DNA of 64,000 nucleotides, taken from NCBI GenBank assembly GCA_049610685.1, contig JBMYZU010000011.1:7353-71352 (forward strand). Direction: 5' to 3'. Under the pieces are notes generated by a model. The model searched no databases, had not been told where the DNA came from, and saw nothing but the letters and a program-made list of their open reading frames with translations. The stretch is from Chitinophagales bacterium. Lineage in GTDB: Bacteria; Bacteroidota; Bacteroidia; Chitinophagales; UBA8649. The position numbers and the translations under genes were made by a program. This document shows positions 20,101 through 29,431 of this stretch, in pieces. The stretch's first letter is position 1. Each line of letters opens with the position of its first letter.

Positions 20101-22692
20101 ATGGCCAAAGAAAAGAAAGTTACGCCATTAATGAAGCAATATGGGCAGATTAAAGCTCAATATGCTGATGCCATTCTCCTTTTTAGGGTGGGTGACTTCT
20201 ATGAGACCTTTGGTGAAGATGCTAAGCGGGCCGCTAAAGTGCTAGGTATTGTTGAGACCAAAAGAAACAATGGGTCAGCAAGTGAAACGGCCTTGGCGGG
20301 ATTCCCCCACCATGCCTTAAAGACCTATTTACCCAAGCTGGTTAAAGCGGGTTGTCGCGTTGCGATATGCGAGCAACTTGAAGAACCTTCCAAAGCCAAA
20401 AAGATTGTACGTCGAGGCGTGACCGAGATGATTACTCCTGGGATTACGTTAGGGGAAGATCTTCTTGAATCGCAAGAAAACAACTATCTCGCTGCCATTC
20501 ATCTTGATAAACAAAAGGCCTCCTTGGCTTTCGTAGACATTAGTACGGGAGAATTTTATGTGACTTCAGGGGATTTAGGCTATATCCAGAGTCTTTTAGA
20601 TAGCACGTCGCCTGCAGAAATCCTGGTATCCAAGGACCAGCATACCCTCTTTGAAACCACTTTTGGCCAGCAATTCTATGTCTATCCTTTAAATGATTGG
20701 TTGTTTGATGCATCCAGTGGAGAAAGGAAACTACTCGACCATTTTGGCACCAAAAACCTCAAAGCCTATTCGCTTGAAGGAGAAGATGACTTAATCATGG
20801 TATGCGGTGTTATCATCGACTATCTCCATCAAAGCAAGCATCCTAATCTTGGCCAATGTCAGTCTATTCATCGACTGTATGCTGATTCACGTATGCACTT
20901 GGATGACTTTACCATGCGCAACCTTGAAATTCTGTATTCTCCCCATGTAGATGGAAAAAGTCTTTTTGAGGTAATCAACCATTGTGTAAGTCCGATGGGC
21001 GCCAGAAAGCTTCGAAGCTTCTTTACATTCCCCCTCATAGACAAGAAGCAAATTGACCAGCGACTAGAACAGGTAGCCGTATTCGTTGACGATGAGCCAC
21101 TCAGAGAAAAAATTACCACACTGCTTGCGAGCCTCAATGACATCGAGCGGTTGGGCAGTAGAATACCTTCCAATCGAGTAACGCCAAGGGATATGCTTAA
21201 ACTTGCCTCGGCGAGTGCCACTCTGCAAGAAATCAAAGATTTCCTAAGTCAATCGAAGCATACCGTATTTAAGGACAGCATTGCGCGAATTGATCCATGT
21301 ACTGCCCTAGCGGAAGAAATCAATAAGACCATTGATCCTGAAGTGCCTGTGAACTGGCAAAAGGGTCCGGTGATTCAACAAGGGATTAACCCAGCACTTG
21401 ATGAATGGAAAGAAATTGCACAAAACAGCAAGGCCAAGCTTGAAGAGATTCGCCAACGGGAGGCCGATGCTACAGGAATAACCTCTCTAAAAATCGGCTT
21501 TAACAATGTCTTTGGCTACTACATCGAAGTCCGCAACACCCACAAAGACTTAGTACCTGAGGAATGGATTCGAAGACAAACCTTAACCGGTAGCGAGCGA
21601 TACATCACCGAAGAGCTCAAAGTATTTGAAGAAAAAATTCTTAAAGCCAGCCATGAAATTGAGCAACTTGAGTCCCAACTCTTCCGCCAATTAGTAGACA
21701 CAGCACAAGCTTACGTCAAAGCTTGGCTAAGCACGACAGCAGTTGTTGCCGAATTAGACGTGTATCGGGGATTTGGGCAATTGGCGAGCGACAAGAACTA
21801 TTGTAAGCCCACGGTACATACTGAGGATACCATTCATATTCAAGAGGGACGCCACCCGGTTATAGAAGCCTGTCTTCCCCATAACGAGACCTATGTACCC
21901 AATTCGGTGCGCCTTGACCGAACAAGTTGTCAGATCATGATGATTACCGGTCCCAATATGTCGGGTAAATCGGCCGTCCTGAGGCAAACTGCCCTAATTA
22001 CCTTTCTCGCTCATATTGGATGCTATGTCCCAGCAAAAGAAGCAGACATCGCCATTACTACACGCATTTTTAGTCGGGTTGGGGCCAGTGATAACTTAGC
22101 TCGAGGAGAATCGACCTTTATGGTCGAGATGACTGAGACCGCTCGCATTCTCCATCAGATTGACGATCACAGCCTGATCCTGCTTGATGAAATTGGCAGA
22201 GGTACCTCAACCTTTGATGGTGTGTCCATTGCATGGGGACTCGCTGAATACCTGCATAAGCATTCAAGTAAGCCAAAGACCTTGTTTGCCACCCACTATC
22301 ATGAGCTCAACCAATTGGCTGATGAGTTTGAGCGCATCCAAAATTATCATATTGAGATTAAGGAAGTGAAGGATAATATTCTCTTCTTAAGAAACTTAAT
22401 TCCCGGGGGAAGCGCGCACAGCTTTGGTATACATGTTGCGCAATTAGCGGGAATACCTCAGGAGTTGATCACCCGGGCCAAGACAATTTTAGCGCAGCTT
22501 GAAGGACAACGTTCCACAGAAGAACCTGTCGTCATTCAGCAGCCAAGCGCCATGCAACTCACCATGTTTAGTCCGGAACATCCAGGACTCAAAAAACTCA
22601 GCGAAACACTTAACGAACTTGATGTTGACTCGCTAACTCCGCTTGATGCATTGATTCTAATCCAGCAATGGAAAAATGATCTGAAAAAATAA
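20101..22692 (+). CDS. mutS: DNA mismatch repair protein MutS
   Basis: FRVGDFYE, TGPNMSGKS, STFMVEM, DEIGRGTS and FATHYHEL motifs. Confidence 0.97.
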   Translation: MAKEKKVTPLMKQYGQIKAQYADAILLFRVGDFYETFGEDAKRAAKVLGIVETKRNNGSASETALAGFPHHALKTYLPKLVKAGCRVAICEQLEEPSKAKKIVRRGVTEMITPGITLGEDLLESQENNYLAAIHLDKQKASLAFVDISTGEFYVTSGDLGYIQSLLDSTSPAEILVSKDQHTLFETTFGQQFYVYPLNDWLFDASSGERKLLDHFGTKNLKAYSLEGEDDLIMVCGVIIDYLHQSKHPNLGQCQSIHRLYADSRMHLDDFTMRNLEILYSPHVDGKSLFEVINHCVSPMGARKLRSFFTFPLIDKKQIDQRLEQVAVFVDDEPLREKITTLLASLNDIERLGSRIPSNRVTPRDMLKLASASATLQEIKDFLSQSKHTVFKDSIARIDPCTALAEEINKTIDPEVPVNWQKGPVIQQGINPALDEWKEIAQNSKAKLEEIRQREADATGITSLKIGFNNVFGYYIEVRNTHKDLVPEEWIRRQTLTGSERYITEELKVFEEKILKASHEIEQLESQLFRQLVDTAQAYVKAWLSTTAVVAELDVYRGFGQLASDKNYCKPTVHTEDTIHIQEGRHPVIEACLPHNETYVPNSVRLDRTSCQIMMITGPNMSGKSAVLRQTALITFLAHIGCYVPAKEADIAITTRIFSRVGASDNLARGESTFMVEMTETARILHQIDDHSLILLDEIGRGTSTFDGVSIAWGLAEYLHKHSSKPKTLFATHYHELNQLADEFERIQNYHIEIKEVKDNILFLRNLIPGGSAHSFGIHVAQLAGIPQELITRAKTILAQLEGQRSTEEPVVIQQPSAMQLTMFSPEHPGLKKLSETLNELDVDSLTPLDALILIQQWKNDLKK

Positions 22693-22704
22693 GCCTTAGA
22701 TTCC

Positions 22705-23364
22705 CTACTCTTCGAGGTTTTCTACCAATTCCATCAGCCCCTCCAAGCTTGGAAGCACTCCATCGGCCAAGCCCCATTCAGGTCGATCCATCTCATCCTT
22801 AGCAGGAACGACAACACAGGCCATACGCGCTGCTTTGGCTGCAATCATACCATTCACAGAATCCTCTAGAACAAGACATTGAAGTGGATCCACACGGAGG
22901 TAGTCTGCCGCGGCCAAAAAGACTCCTGGATGGGGTTTACCATGGGATTCAAATTCTGCCGAGTAGATCACGCGCATGTACTTTTTTAACCCAAGGATCT
23001 CTACCGCCGTTTGAATAAGCGCTAAATGGGATGACGAGGCGACTGCCATCGGGATTTGTTGATCCTGTAAATAGGCACACACTTCATCCACTCCAGGCAT
23101 TTTATTGGCTAGCCCTTCTTTAATAATTGCTTCTTGCATTTTAGACAGCACCTCCGCTTGGATTTCATCGCGATCAACCTCTACATTAAAATGCTGTGCC
23201 CAGTGCATAATGACCTCATCAATTCGGAGTCCTACCGATTGCATCAAGTCTTTTTCTGTCACAGGCATTCCATGCCGACTAAAGACATCTATCTCTACGC
23301 GCTTCCATATCGGCTCCGAGTTAATGAGTAAGCCGTCTAAATCGAATATTACTGCTTTAATCAT
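22705..23364 (-). CDS. HAD-superfamily phosphatase (HxpB/YniC-like)
   Basis: FDLDGLLINSEP, ASSS, KPHPGVF and LEDSVNG motifs. Confidence 0.88.
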   Translation of the reverse strand: MIKAVIFDLDGLLINSEPIWKRVEIDVFSRHGMPVTEKDLMQSVGLRIDEVIMHWAQHFNVEVDRDEIQAEVLSKMQEAIIKEGLANKMPGVDEVCAYLQDQQIPMAVASSSHLALIQTAVEILGLKKYMRVIYSAEFESHGKPHPGVFLAAADYLRVDPLQCLVLEDSVNGMIAAKAARMACVVVPAKDEMDRPEWGLADGVLPSLEGLMELVENLEE

Positions 23365-23384
23365 GATTACAAAGGTCTTACTTT

Positions 23385-24947
23385 TTAGGCGACTTCTTCT
23401 TCAAATTTTGCCGCTTTGGGATTGAACAAGAGTTTGATCAATCCAACAACAACTAGCAAACAGATAAACAAGGCCGGTATACCTCCTATGTTTGACATAA
23501 TGCGTATTCCATCAATACTGGAAAATACAAGAAGCGTTAAGGCCACCGTGCCCACCAAAATACCCCATACAACTTTAAGCCATAGCTTGGGCTCAGGACT
23601 TTCAGGAGAAATACCATTCGAACAAAGTCCACTCATAGCCGATGTGTTGGAATCTGCTGCCGTGACATAGGATAGGAAAGCGGTAAGCAACAAGATAAGT
23701 CCCGTAATGGTAGCCAACGGTAACCCGTCAAAGATGCTAAATAATGCATCGCCTGGATTACCCGATGCCATAATCATAGAAAAGATGTTTCCGTTCATTG
23801 CTTGATCTAACTGAATAGAGGTTGATGAAAGGACGGATAACCACAGAATTACCGTGATCGATGGAAGGACTAGATTAACAAGAATAACCTGTCGCACGGT
23901 ATACCCTAGGCAAAGTCTACCAAGGAACAATGCCGTAATCGGTGTCCATGCTAACCAGTTCGCCCAATACATCATCGTCCAGTCATGCGCCCAGGTATCG
24001 TTGTATTTCAATGAATAAAGGCTTACGTCATCTAAATGAATTGCAAAGTCCTTTAGTCCCCCAACCATCATAGTGAAGGTCTCCTGAAGCGGAACAAAAC
24101 ATAGCAGAAACAACCACAGCGCAAAGAACAATATGATGTTAAAGGCAGCAAGAAGTCGTATCCCCTTTAGTAAGCCCGTTATAGCAGACAGCACAAAGGC
24201 TGCAACAATCCCCAAGGTGATACACAACTTGAGCTCCCACGTCCCTCCGAGGGTAAACATGTATTTAAGGCCAGCCTCAAGGCCAAGTATACCCGAACCT
24301 AAAGAGGCTGCCATCCCAGCAACTAAACAAAAAAGGCAAAGCGCGTCAATCGACTTACTCCAACGCTTTGTGGCATTGGTACCAAAAAGCGGATAAAAAA
24401 GACTTCCTAAGCGAAAGGGTTGCTTTCGATTATAATACATCAAGGCAAACATTACCGCAGCTACCGTGTATATGGCGTAAGGAAGAAAGCTCCAATGCAA
24501 AAACATTGTACCTAAGCTAAAATTGACTGCTGCAGAGCTATTGGGTTGGATATCAAGTGCTGTTGCTGGGCTATGCAAATGATAGAGTGGCTCGGCAGAA
24601 CCCCACATTAGAATACCCACAGCCAATGTAGTCGTGAGGGTGATGGTATACCAACGCCATTTACTCAATAAAGGCTTAGCTGATGCACCGCCGATTCGCA
24701 CACGCCCTAAAGGCGACCAATACACCACAATACAGATCAATAGAAAAAGAAGTACAGCAAGGGAATAGACCGGACCGAGTACGTTCAACACCTTGGTATT
24801 TAACCAAGTTGCCTGCTCAACCATTGACTCGACGTCAATTAGGCTGTAAATAACGCCTGAGATACATACCAACAGTGGAGGCCAAAAGACCCATGGTCTT
24901 AAGCTGCTTTTTTTGCTTGGTATAGATTTTGCATTTTTGGAAAACAC
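23385..24947 (-). CDS. BCCT family (betaine/carnitine/choline) transporter
   Basis: About 12 TM helices; WGSAEPLYH, FLHWS, WTMMYWANWLAWTP and YVTAADS motifs. Confidence 0.9.
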   Translation of the reverse strand: MFSKNAKSIPSKKSSLRPWVFWPPLLVCISGVIYSLIDVESMVEQATWLNTKVLNVLGPVYSLAVLLFLLICIVVYWSPLGRVRIGGASAKPLLSKWRWYTITLTTTLAVGILMWGSAEPLYHLHSPATALDIQPNSSAAVNFSLGTMFLHWSFLPYAIYTVAAVMFALMYYNRKQPFRLGSLFYPLFGTNATKRWSKSIDALCLFCLVAGMAASLGSGILGLEAGLKYMFTLGGTWELKLCITLGIVAAFVLSAITGLLKGIRLLAAFNIILFFALWLFLLCFVPLQETFTMMVGGLKDFAIHLDDVSLYSLKYNDTWAHDWTMMYWANWLAWTPITALFLGRLCLGYTVRQVILVNLVLPSITVILWLSVLSSTSIQLDQAMNGNIFSMIMASGNPGDALFSIFDGLPLATITGLILLLTAFLSYVTAADSNTSAMSGLCSNGISPESPEPKLWLKVVWGILVGTVALTLLVFSSIDGIRIMSNIGGIPALFICLLVVVGLIKLLFNPKAAKFEEEVA

Positions 24948-24990
24948 CGTTCAAAGGTATAAATTGTCTTATCGCTTCAATAACACTTCT

Positions 24991-25524
24991 ATGATACGTG
25001 GTTTAATCGCACCATTTCAATTCCTAGTCTTCATTCTTACAATGGTCTTATCACTTTCAAGTTGTTGTCGAAAAAATGCTTCGATCCAAACACAAAACGA
25101 AGATTTAAGCGAATCTCAGATTCAACATAGCGATTCATTAAAGGATTTATCAAGAGATTTTGAGAATTACAGGTGGGATAATCTCTATGCCATCGAAGTA
25201 ATCAATGGCAAGGCCTTAGACAAAGAAGAATATACCGAAGGACTACCCCGACTCGAACTTCAGATTCAACAGGGTCGACTTGTAGGCTTTACTGGTTGCA
25301 ATTCATTTCAAGCCCAGGCAAAGCTTACCCAAAATGAGGATGAGGTCATACATATTGAGATTGGCCCAATTATGTCAACTAAAAAGGGATGCATTGGAAC
25401 AATTGATGAAGAGCACTTTTTTCAAGCGCTAGAATCCTCTTCTTCGCTCTTACTTGCGAACAATCGAATCTTGTTAATCAATGAGGAAGGACTTATTGTA
25501 CTCCAGGGTTTGATTGTCGATTAG
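24991..25524 (+). CDS. META-domain (HslJ-like) lipoprotein
   Basis: LSSC lipobox-like end of signal; GFTGCNSF and STKKGC. Start moved to ATG 24991. Confidence 0.8.
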   Translation: MIRGLIAPFQFLVFILTMVLSLSSCCRKNASIQTQNEDLSESQIQHSDSLKDLSRDFENYRWDNLYAIEVINGKALDKEEYTEGLPRLELQIQQGRLVGFTGCNSFQAQAKLTQNEDEVIHIEIGPIMSTKKGCIGTIDEEHFFQALESSSSLLLANNRILLINEEGLIVLQGLIVD

Positions 25525-26315
25525 TATGGCAGGGCCCATTCAACCATTAACCAGGTAGCCATCATCCCATCAAGCAAAAAGAAGTAATAGAATTCTGGAG
25601 TCTTCTCATGGCAGGGTAAAACGAATCCTATGCATGCAAGTGCTATGATTACGCCACTTACCATTCCAAGATAGGCACTAAGTAGTCCCACCACCACAAA
25701 ACAGCCTATTGATAGCCATACTGTAGTTCGAATACCCAAACGATGGACGACGGTTTTCATCGCAGGATGTGCCATACGATCAAAGGCATGGTCATGGATC
25801 TCAAATGGCAGGGTCAATCCTATGATAAAAAGGGCCATCATAGTTGAAAGTAACACATCATCTAGAGACCACGCAAGTTGAAAGGGAGCCATCAGAACAA
25901 TGGACCAAACGACACCCACAATGATTGTTTTAAGCCAGCCCACTGCTCGAAGAAACTGCATATAAATCCAAACTAGCCCAAAGGCAATAATCAATACGAT
26001 TAAAATGGTCAAAGGAAGTCGAATTGCGCCGATTGCCGCAGTTCCAAGACCGAGAAGCATAAGAGCCTGGCTAAGCCCTTCATGCCTGACCTGCCAAGCT
26101 ACCATGGGATGGGCAGATGTATCCTTATCGTTGCGCACCCTGTATCTCAAGGCATTGTACACAAAACAAGTACCGCCGAAGACCACAAAGGAGGTAGCCC
26201 AATCCGGTGTAAGCCCCAGACATTCTCCAATCAGAATATGCAAAGCCAACGCATTGCATGCAATCCAAATATTTGACTGCCAAAGACTTCTAAACATTGC
26301 CTTGGCGAGATTCAT
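25521..26315 (-). CDS. UbiA prenyltransferase-like membrane protein
   Basis: Multi-TM; SNIWIA, FVYN, LPFEIHD..FD and LLDG motifs typical of Bacteroidota UbiA-like proteins. Confidence 0.65.
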   Translation of the reverse strand: MNLAKAMFRSLWQSNIWIACNALALHILIGECLGLTPDWATSFVVFGGTCFVYNALRYRVRNDKDTSAHPMVAWQVRHEGLSQALMLLGLGTAAIGAIRLPLTILIVLIIAFGLVWIYMQFLRAVGWLKTIIVGVVWSIVLMAPFQLAWSLDDVLLSTMMALFIIGLTLPFEIHDHAFDRMAHPAMKTVVHRLGIRTTVWLSIGCFVVVGLLSAYLGMVSGVIIALACIGFVLPCHEKTPEFYYFFLLDGMMATWLMVEWALPY

Positions 26316-26318
26316 CGA

Positions 26319-27407
26319 TTACTTTAAATACTTAAAGTTGAAGTCAGGCGACATTTTCTTGAGGCATTCTGCAAGTAAGGTTACCGCATTATCTAAGTCC
26401 TCAAGCGACAACGTTTCTACTGTCGTGTGCATGTATCGAAGGGGAATCGTGATTAAAGCAGAAGGCACTCCCGCGTTGGAATACGCAAAGGCATCTGTGT
26501 CTGTTCCCGTACCTCGAGTTGCCACATCACGCTGGAAAGGAATCTTTTTCTCTTCAGCAGTGTCCAATACTAAATCAAGCATATGATTGTGAACCGCTGG
26601 AGCATAGGTTACAATAGGTCCTTTACCCATTTTAAAGTCTCCTTCTCGGAACTTGTTAATCATCGGTGTATTCGTATCATGCCCTACATCAGTAATAAAA
26701 GCGCAATCTGGCTTAATTCTATGAGCAATCATTTGCGCCCCACGAAGACCGATTTCTTCTTGTACACTGTTTACAACGTATAATCCGAAAGGTAGCTTCA
26801 CACCCTCCTCCTTAAGTCGTTTAGCGACGAGGGCGATCAACACACCCCCTACTCGATTATCCATAGCACGACCTGTCACTACTTTTTCGCTGAGTTGTAA
26901 GAACTCATCTTGGTAGGTCGCAATACATCCAATATGAATGCCTAGTTTTTCGACTTCTTCTCGACTACTACAGCCCGCATCGATAAATACATTCTCTGCT
27001 TTTGGATATTCTTGTTTAGCTCCTGCTCCACGTGTATGAATTGCCGGCCACCCAAATACCGCAGGCACTAAACCTTTCTTCGTATGCATAACAACACGCA
27101 TAGATGGGGCGATAATTGGATCCATACCTCCATTGCGTTTTACATAGATAAACCCATTATCCGTAATGTGATGGACTACCCAAGAAATCTCATCGGCATG
27201 AGCTTCTATCACCACTTTAAACTTCTCCTCGGGATTAACAATACCGACTACCGTTCCATAATCATCGACCTCATAGGTATCGATATAATCTTTGACAAAA
27301 TCTAACCAAACTTTCTGGCCTTCCGTTTCATACCCTGTAGGTGAATAGGTATTAATATACTTTTCGAAAAAAGCAAGCTCTTTTTTACCGATGTTCTTAT
27401 ACTTCAT
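26319..27407 (-). CDS. M42 family aminopeptidase
   Basis: EAHADE, MDNRVG, QEEIGLRGA, TDVGH and YMHT motifs. Start moved to ATG 27407. Confidence 0.92.
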   Translation of the reverse strand: MKYKNIGKKELAFFEKYINTYSPTGYETEGQKVWLDFVKDYIDTYEVDDYGTVVGIVNPEEKFKVVIEAHADEISWVVHHITDNGFIYVKRNGGMDPIIAPSMRVVMHTKKGLVPAVFGWPAIHTRGAGAKQEYPKAENVFIDAGCSSREEVEKLGIHIGCIATYQDEFLQLSEKVVTGRAMDNRVGGVLIALVAKRLKEEGVKLPFGLYVVNSVQEEIGLRGAQMIAHRIKPDCAFITDVGHDTNTPMINKFREGDFKMGKGPIVTYAPAVHNHMLDLVLDTAEEKKIPFQRDVATRGTGTDTDAFAYSNAGVPSALITIPLRYMHTTVETLSLEDLDNAVTLLAECLKKMSPDFNFKYLK

Positions 27408-27492
27408 AGTGATTGAATCAATTAAATCCCTGTAAATGTAGAATAGTCTTGAGACTACGCCAAACCAAATTCTAATGGCTTTTACCCCCTTA

Positions 27493-28719
27493 CTAAACCT
27501 TTTTCCGTAGGATAAGTTCCGTGACTTCAGGTAAAATACCCACACGGCCAGGATAGCCTAAAAATCCAAATCCTCGATTTACATATAGAAATTGATCTTT
27601 AACCTGATAGAGACCGGCCCACTTGGGATAGAAGTATTGAGAGGGACTCCAGCGCAACCAACGATTTTCCACTCCAAATTGAGCGCCATGGGTATGCCCT
27701 GACAAGGTTAACTCAATATCCGTGTGGTCCAATACTTCCGCATCAAAATGACTTGGATCATGGCTGAGTAATATTTTCATCATGTCCTCGGGCAAAGATG
27801 CCTTAGCTTTCTTGATATCACCACGATCGGTGTCATTAGGTTGCTCTTCAAAACGACCTAGGTTTCCCCAATAATGAACACCTAAGACGGCAAACTGAGC
27901 CTCTGAGGCTTCAATCACTGCATGCTCATTGAGCAAGAGATTCCACCCTAGTCGCCCATGCGCTTCATAGAGTTTTTCTAAGTTTTCTTGCTTTGCCTCC
28001 TTACTGTCCCAGGGTCGATAGTCCCCATAATCATGGTTTCCAAGAATAGAATATACCCCATGCTTTGCCCGAAGCTTGCTAAAAATGGGGATGTATTCTT
28101 CCACCTCATCTGCTGTGTCATTGACTAAATCCCCCGTAAACACAATGAGATCTGCCTTCATGGCATTGATTTGTTTCACCGCTTCCACGAGAGGCTCCTT
28201 CTTAGTAAAACTTCCTGTGTGAATATCAGAGATATGGATAATGCGAAAGTCGTCAAGTGATTCAGGCCAAGAACGAAGGGAGATTTCCGCCTTTCTGTAT
28301 TGATAGCGATAGGCATTAGACAGACCGCCCATCATGGTAAGCACAGGCACACTTCCAATTCCTGTAGCAGTTATTGCAAGAAATCGTCTTCGACCTTCTG
28401 AGGGCTGAACATTTCTGCCATGCCTGAGAAGATGCCAAATTCTAGCAAGAAGCAATACAATCCCCACCAAGCTGTAGAACATCCAGCTGAGAAACCATAT
28501 CCCTCGAATCCAATTATTGATTCTATCAGGGATAATGGTGTCAGTAAACAGAATAACAGGGATAATCCAGAGACCAATTACAACCAGAGGTAAGAACCAT
28601 AACTTTTTAGCAAAATTGGCCCGTCGTGTGGTTGGAGCCCATAAATGGCTTGCTCCTCTGCTTGCATACGCAAGAAAAAACGTAAAGAGGAAAAAAGATA
28701 GAAGAAATATCGTGGACAA
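27493..28719 (-). CDS. Membrane-anchored metallophosphoesterase (YkuE-like)
   Basis: SDIH, TGDLVN, GNHD, SHDP and GHTHG motifs; N-terminal TM helices. Confidence 0.9.
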   Translation of the reverse strand: MSTIFLLSFFLFTFFLAYASRGASHLWAPTTRRANFAKKLWFLPLVVIGLWIIPVILFTDTIIPDRINNWIRGIWFLSWMFYSLVGIVLLLARIWHLLRHGRNVQPSEGRRRFLAITATGIGSVPVLTMMGGLSNAYRYQYRKAEISLRSWPESLDDFRIIHISDIHTGSFTKKEPLVEAVKQINAMKADLIVFTGDLVNDTADEVEEYIPIFSKLRAKHGVYSILGNHDYGDYRPWDSKEAKQENLEKLYEAHGRLGWNLLLNEHAVIEASEAQFAVLGVHYWGNLGRFEEQPNDTDRGDIKKAKASLPEDMMKILLSHDPSHFDAEVLDHTDIELTLSGHTHGAQFGVENRWLRWSPSQYFYPKWAGLYQVKDQFLYVNRGFGFLGYPGRVGILPEVTELILRKKV

Positions 28720-28780
28720 TTTTACGCCATTTAAAGAACTAAACTAGGAGGATTCAAGTTACTTTCGAAACAAATATTTT

Positions 28781-29098
28781 ATGGAAGTTTTACGAATAAC
28801 CGATAGTGACTTTGCACAAACTATTGAATCCAACAAAAAAGTAGTGATAAAGTTTGATGCCTCATGGTGTGGAACATGCCGATTGATCAGCCCTAAATTC
28901 AAGAAATTAGCGAGCGACGAACGCTTTCAGGACGTGGCCTTCTTTGAGCTCAATGCAGAGCAAAATCCCGAAGCAAGAAAGTTTGCTGGGGTGAATAACC
29001 TTCCATTCTTTGCAACCATTGAAGACGGCAATATAAAGTCCACCACCTTCACAGGTAAGATTGAGCGCGTTGAAGAACTCATCGCCGACCTTGCTTAA
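28781..29098 (+). CDS. Thioredoxin family protein (WCGTC)
   Basis: 105 aa; KFDASWCGTCRL and NLPFF motifs. Confidence 0.88.
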   Translation: MEVLRITDSDFAQTIESNKKVVIKFDASWCGTCRLISPKFKKLASDERFQDVAFFELNAEQNPEARKFAGVNNLPFFATIEDGNIKSTTFTGKIERVEELIADLA

Positions 29099-29119
29099 CA
29101 TCATATCTATTTAGTTCTT

Positions 29120-29362
29120 ATGAAGATTCCAGAGATAAAACGCCTCGTTACAAATTATACTCTAGATGCCCTAGAAAAGGCTGAGCTTGCCCTTATTCAA
29201 GAGGAAGCAATGCCCTTTGAAGTGCATGGTGAAGACGACGGAGAAGTGTTGACCCACATTCTTGCCGCAAAGTGGATTCTTGAAGACATGGAAAGCAATG
29301 GAAGAGCACTTAAAGAGTCTCTTAGAGCATACAGCCAAAAGGTTCGTAATTCCATTTCTTAG
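29120..29362 (+). CDS. Small conserved protein (DUF6952-like)
   Basis: MKIPEIK...GEDDGEVLTH...YSQKVRNSIS resembles the small protein that follows this thioredoxin in Bacteroidota. Confidence 0.7.
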   Translation: MKIPEIKRLVTNYTLDALEKAELALIQEEAMPFEVHGEDDGEVLTHILAAKWILEDMESNGRALKESLRAYSQKVRNSIS

Positions 29363-29431
29363 CAACAATCAAAAGACTTCTTTGCTATCCCTCGGTAACT
29401 CGTATTTTTACGGCAGACGACCAAAGGTTTT

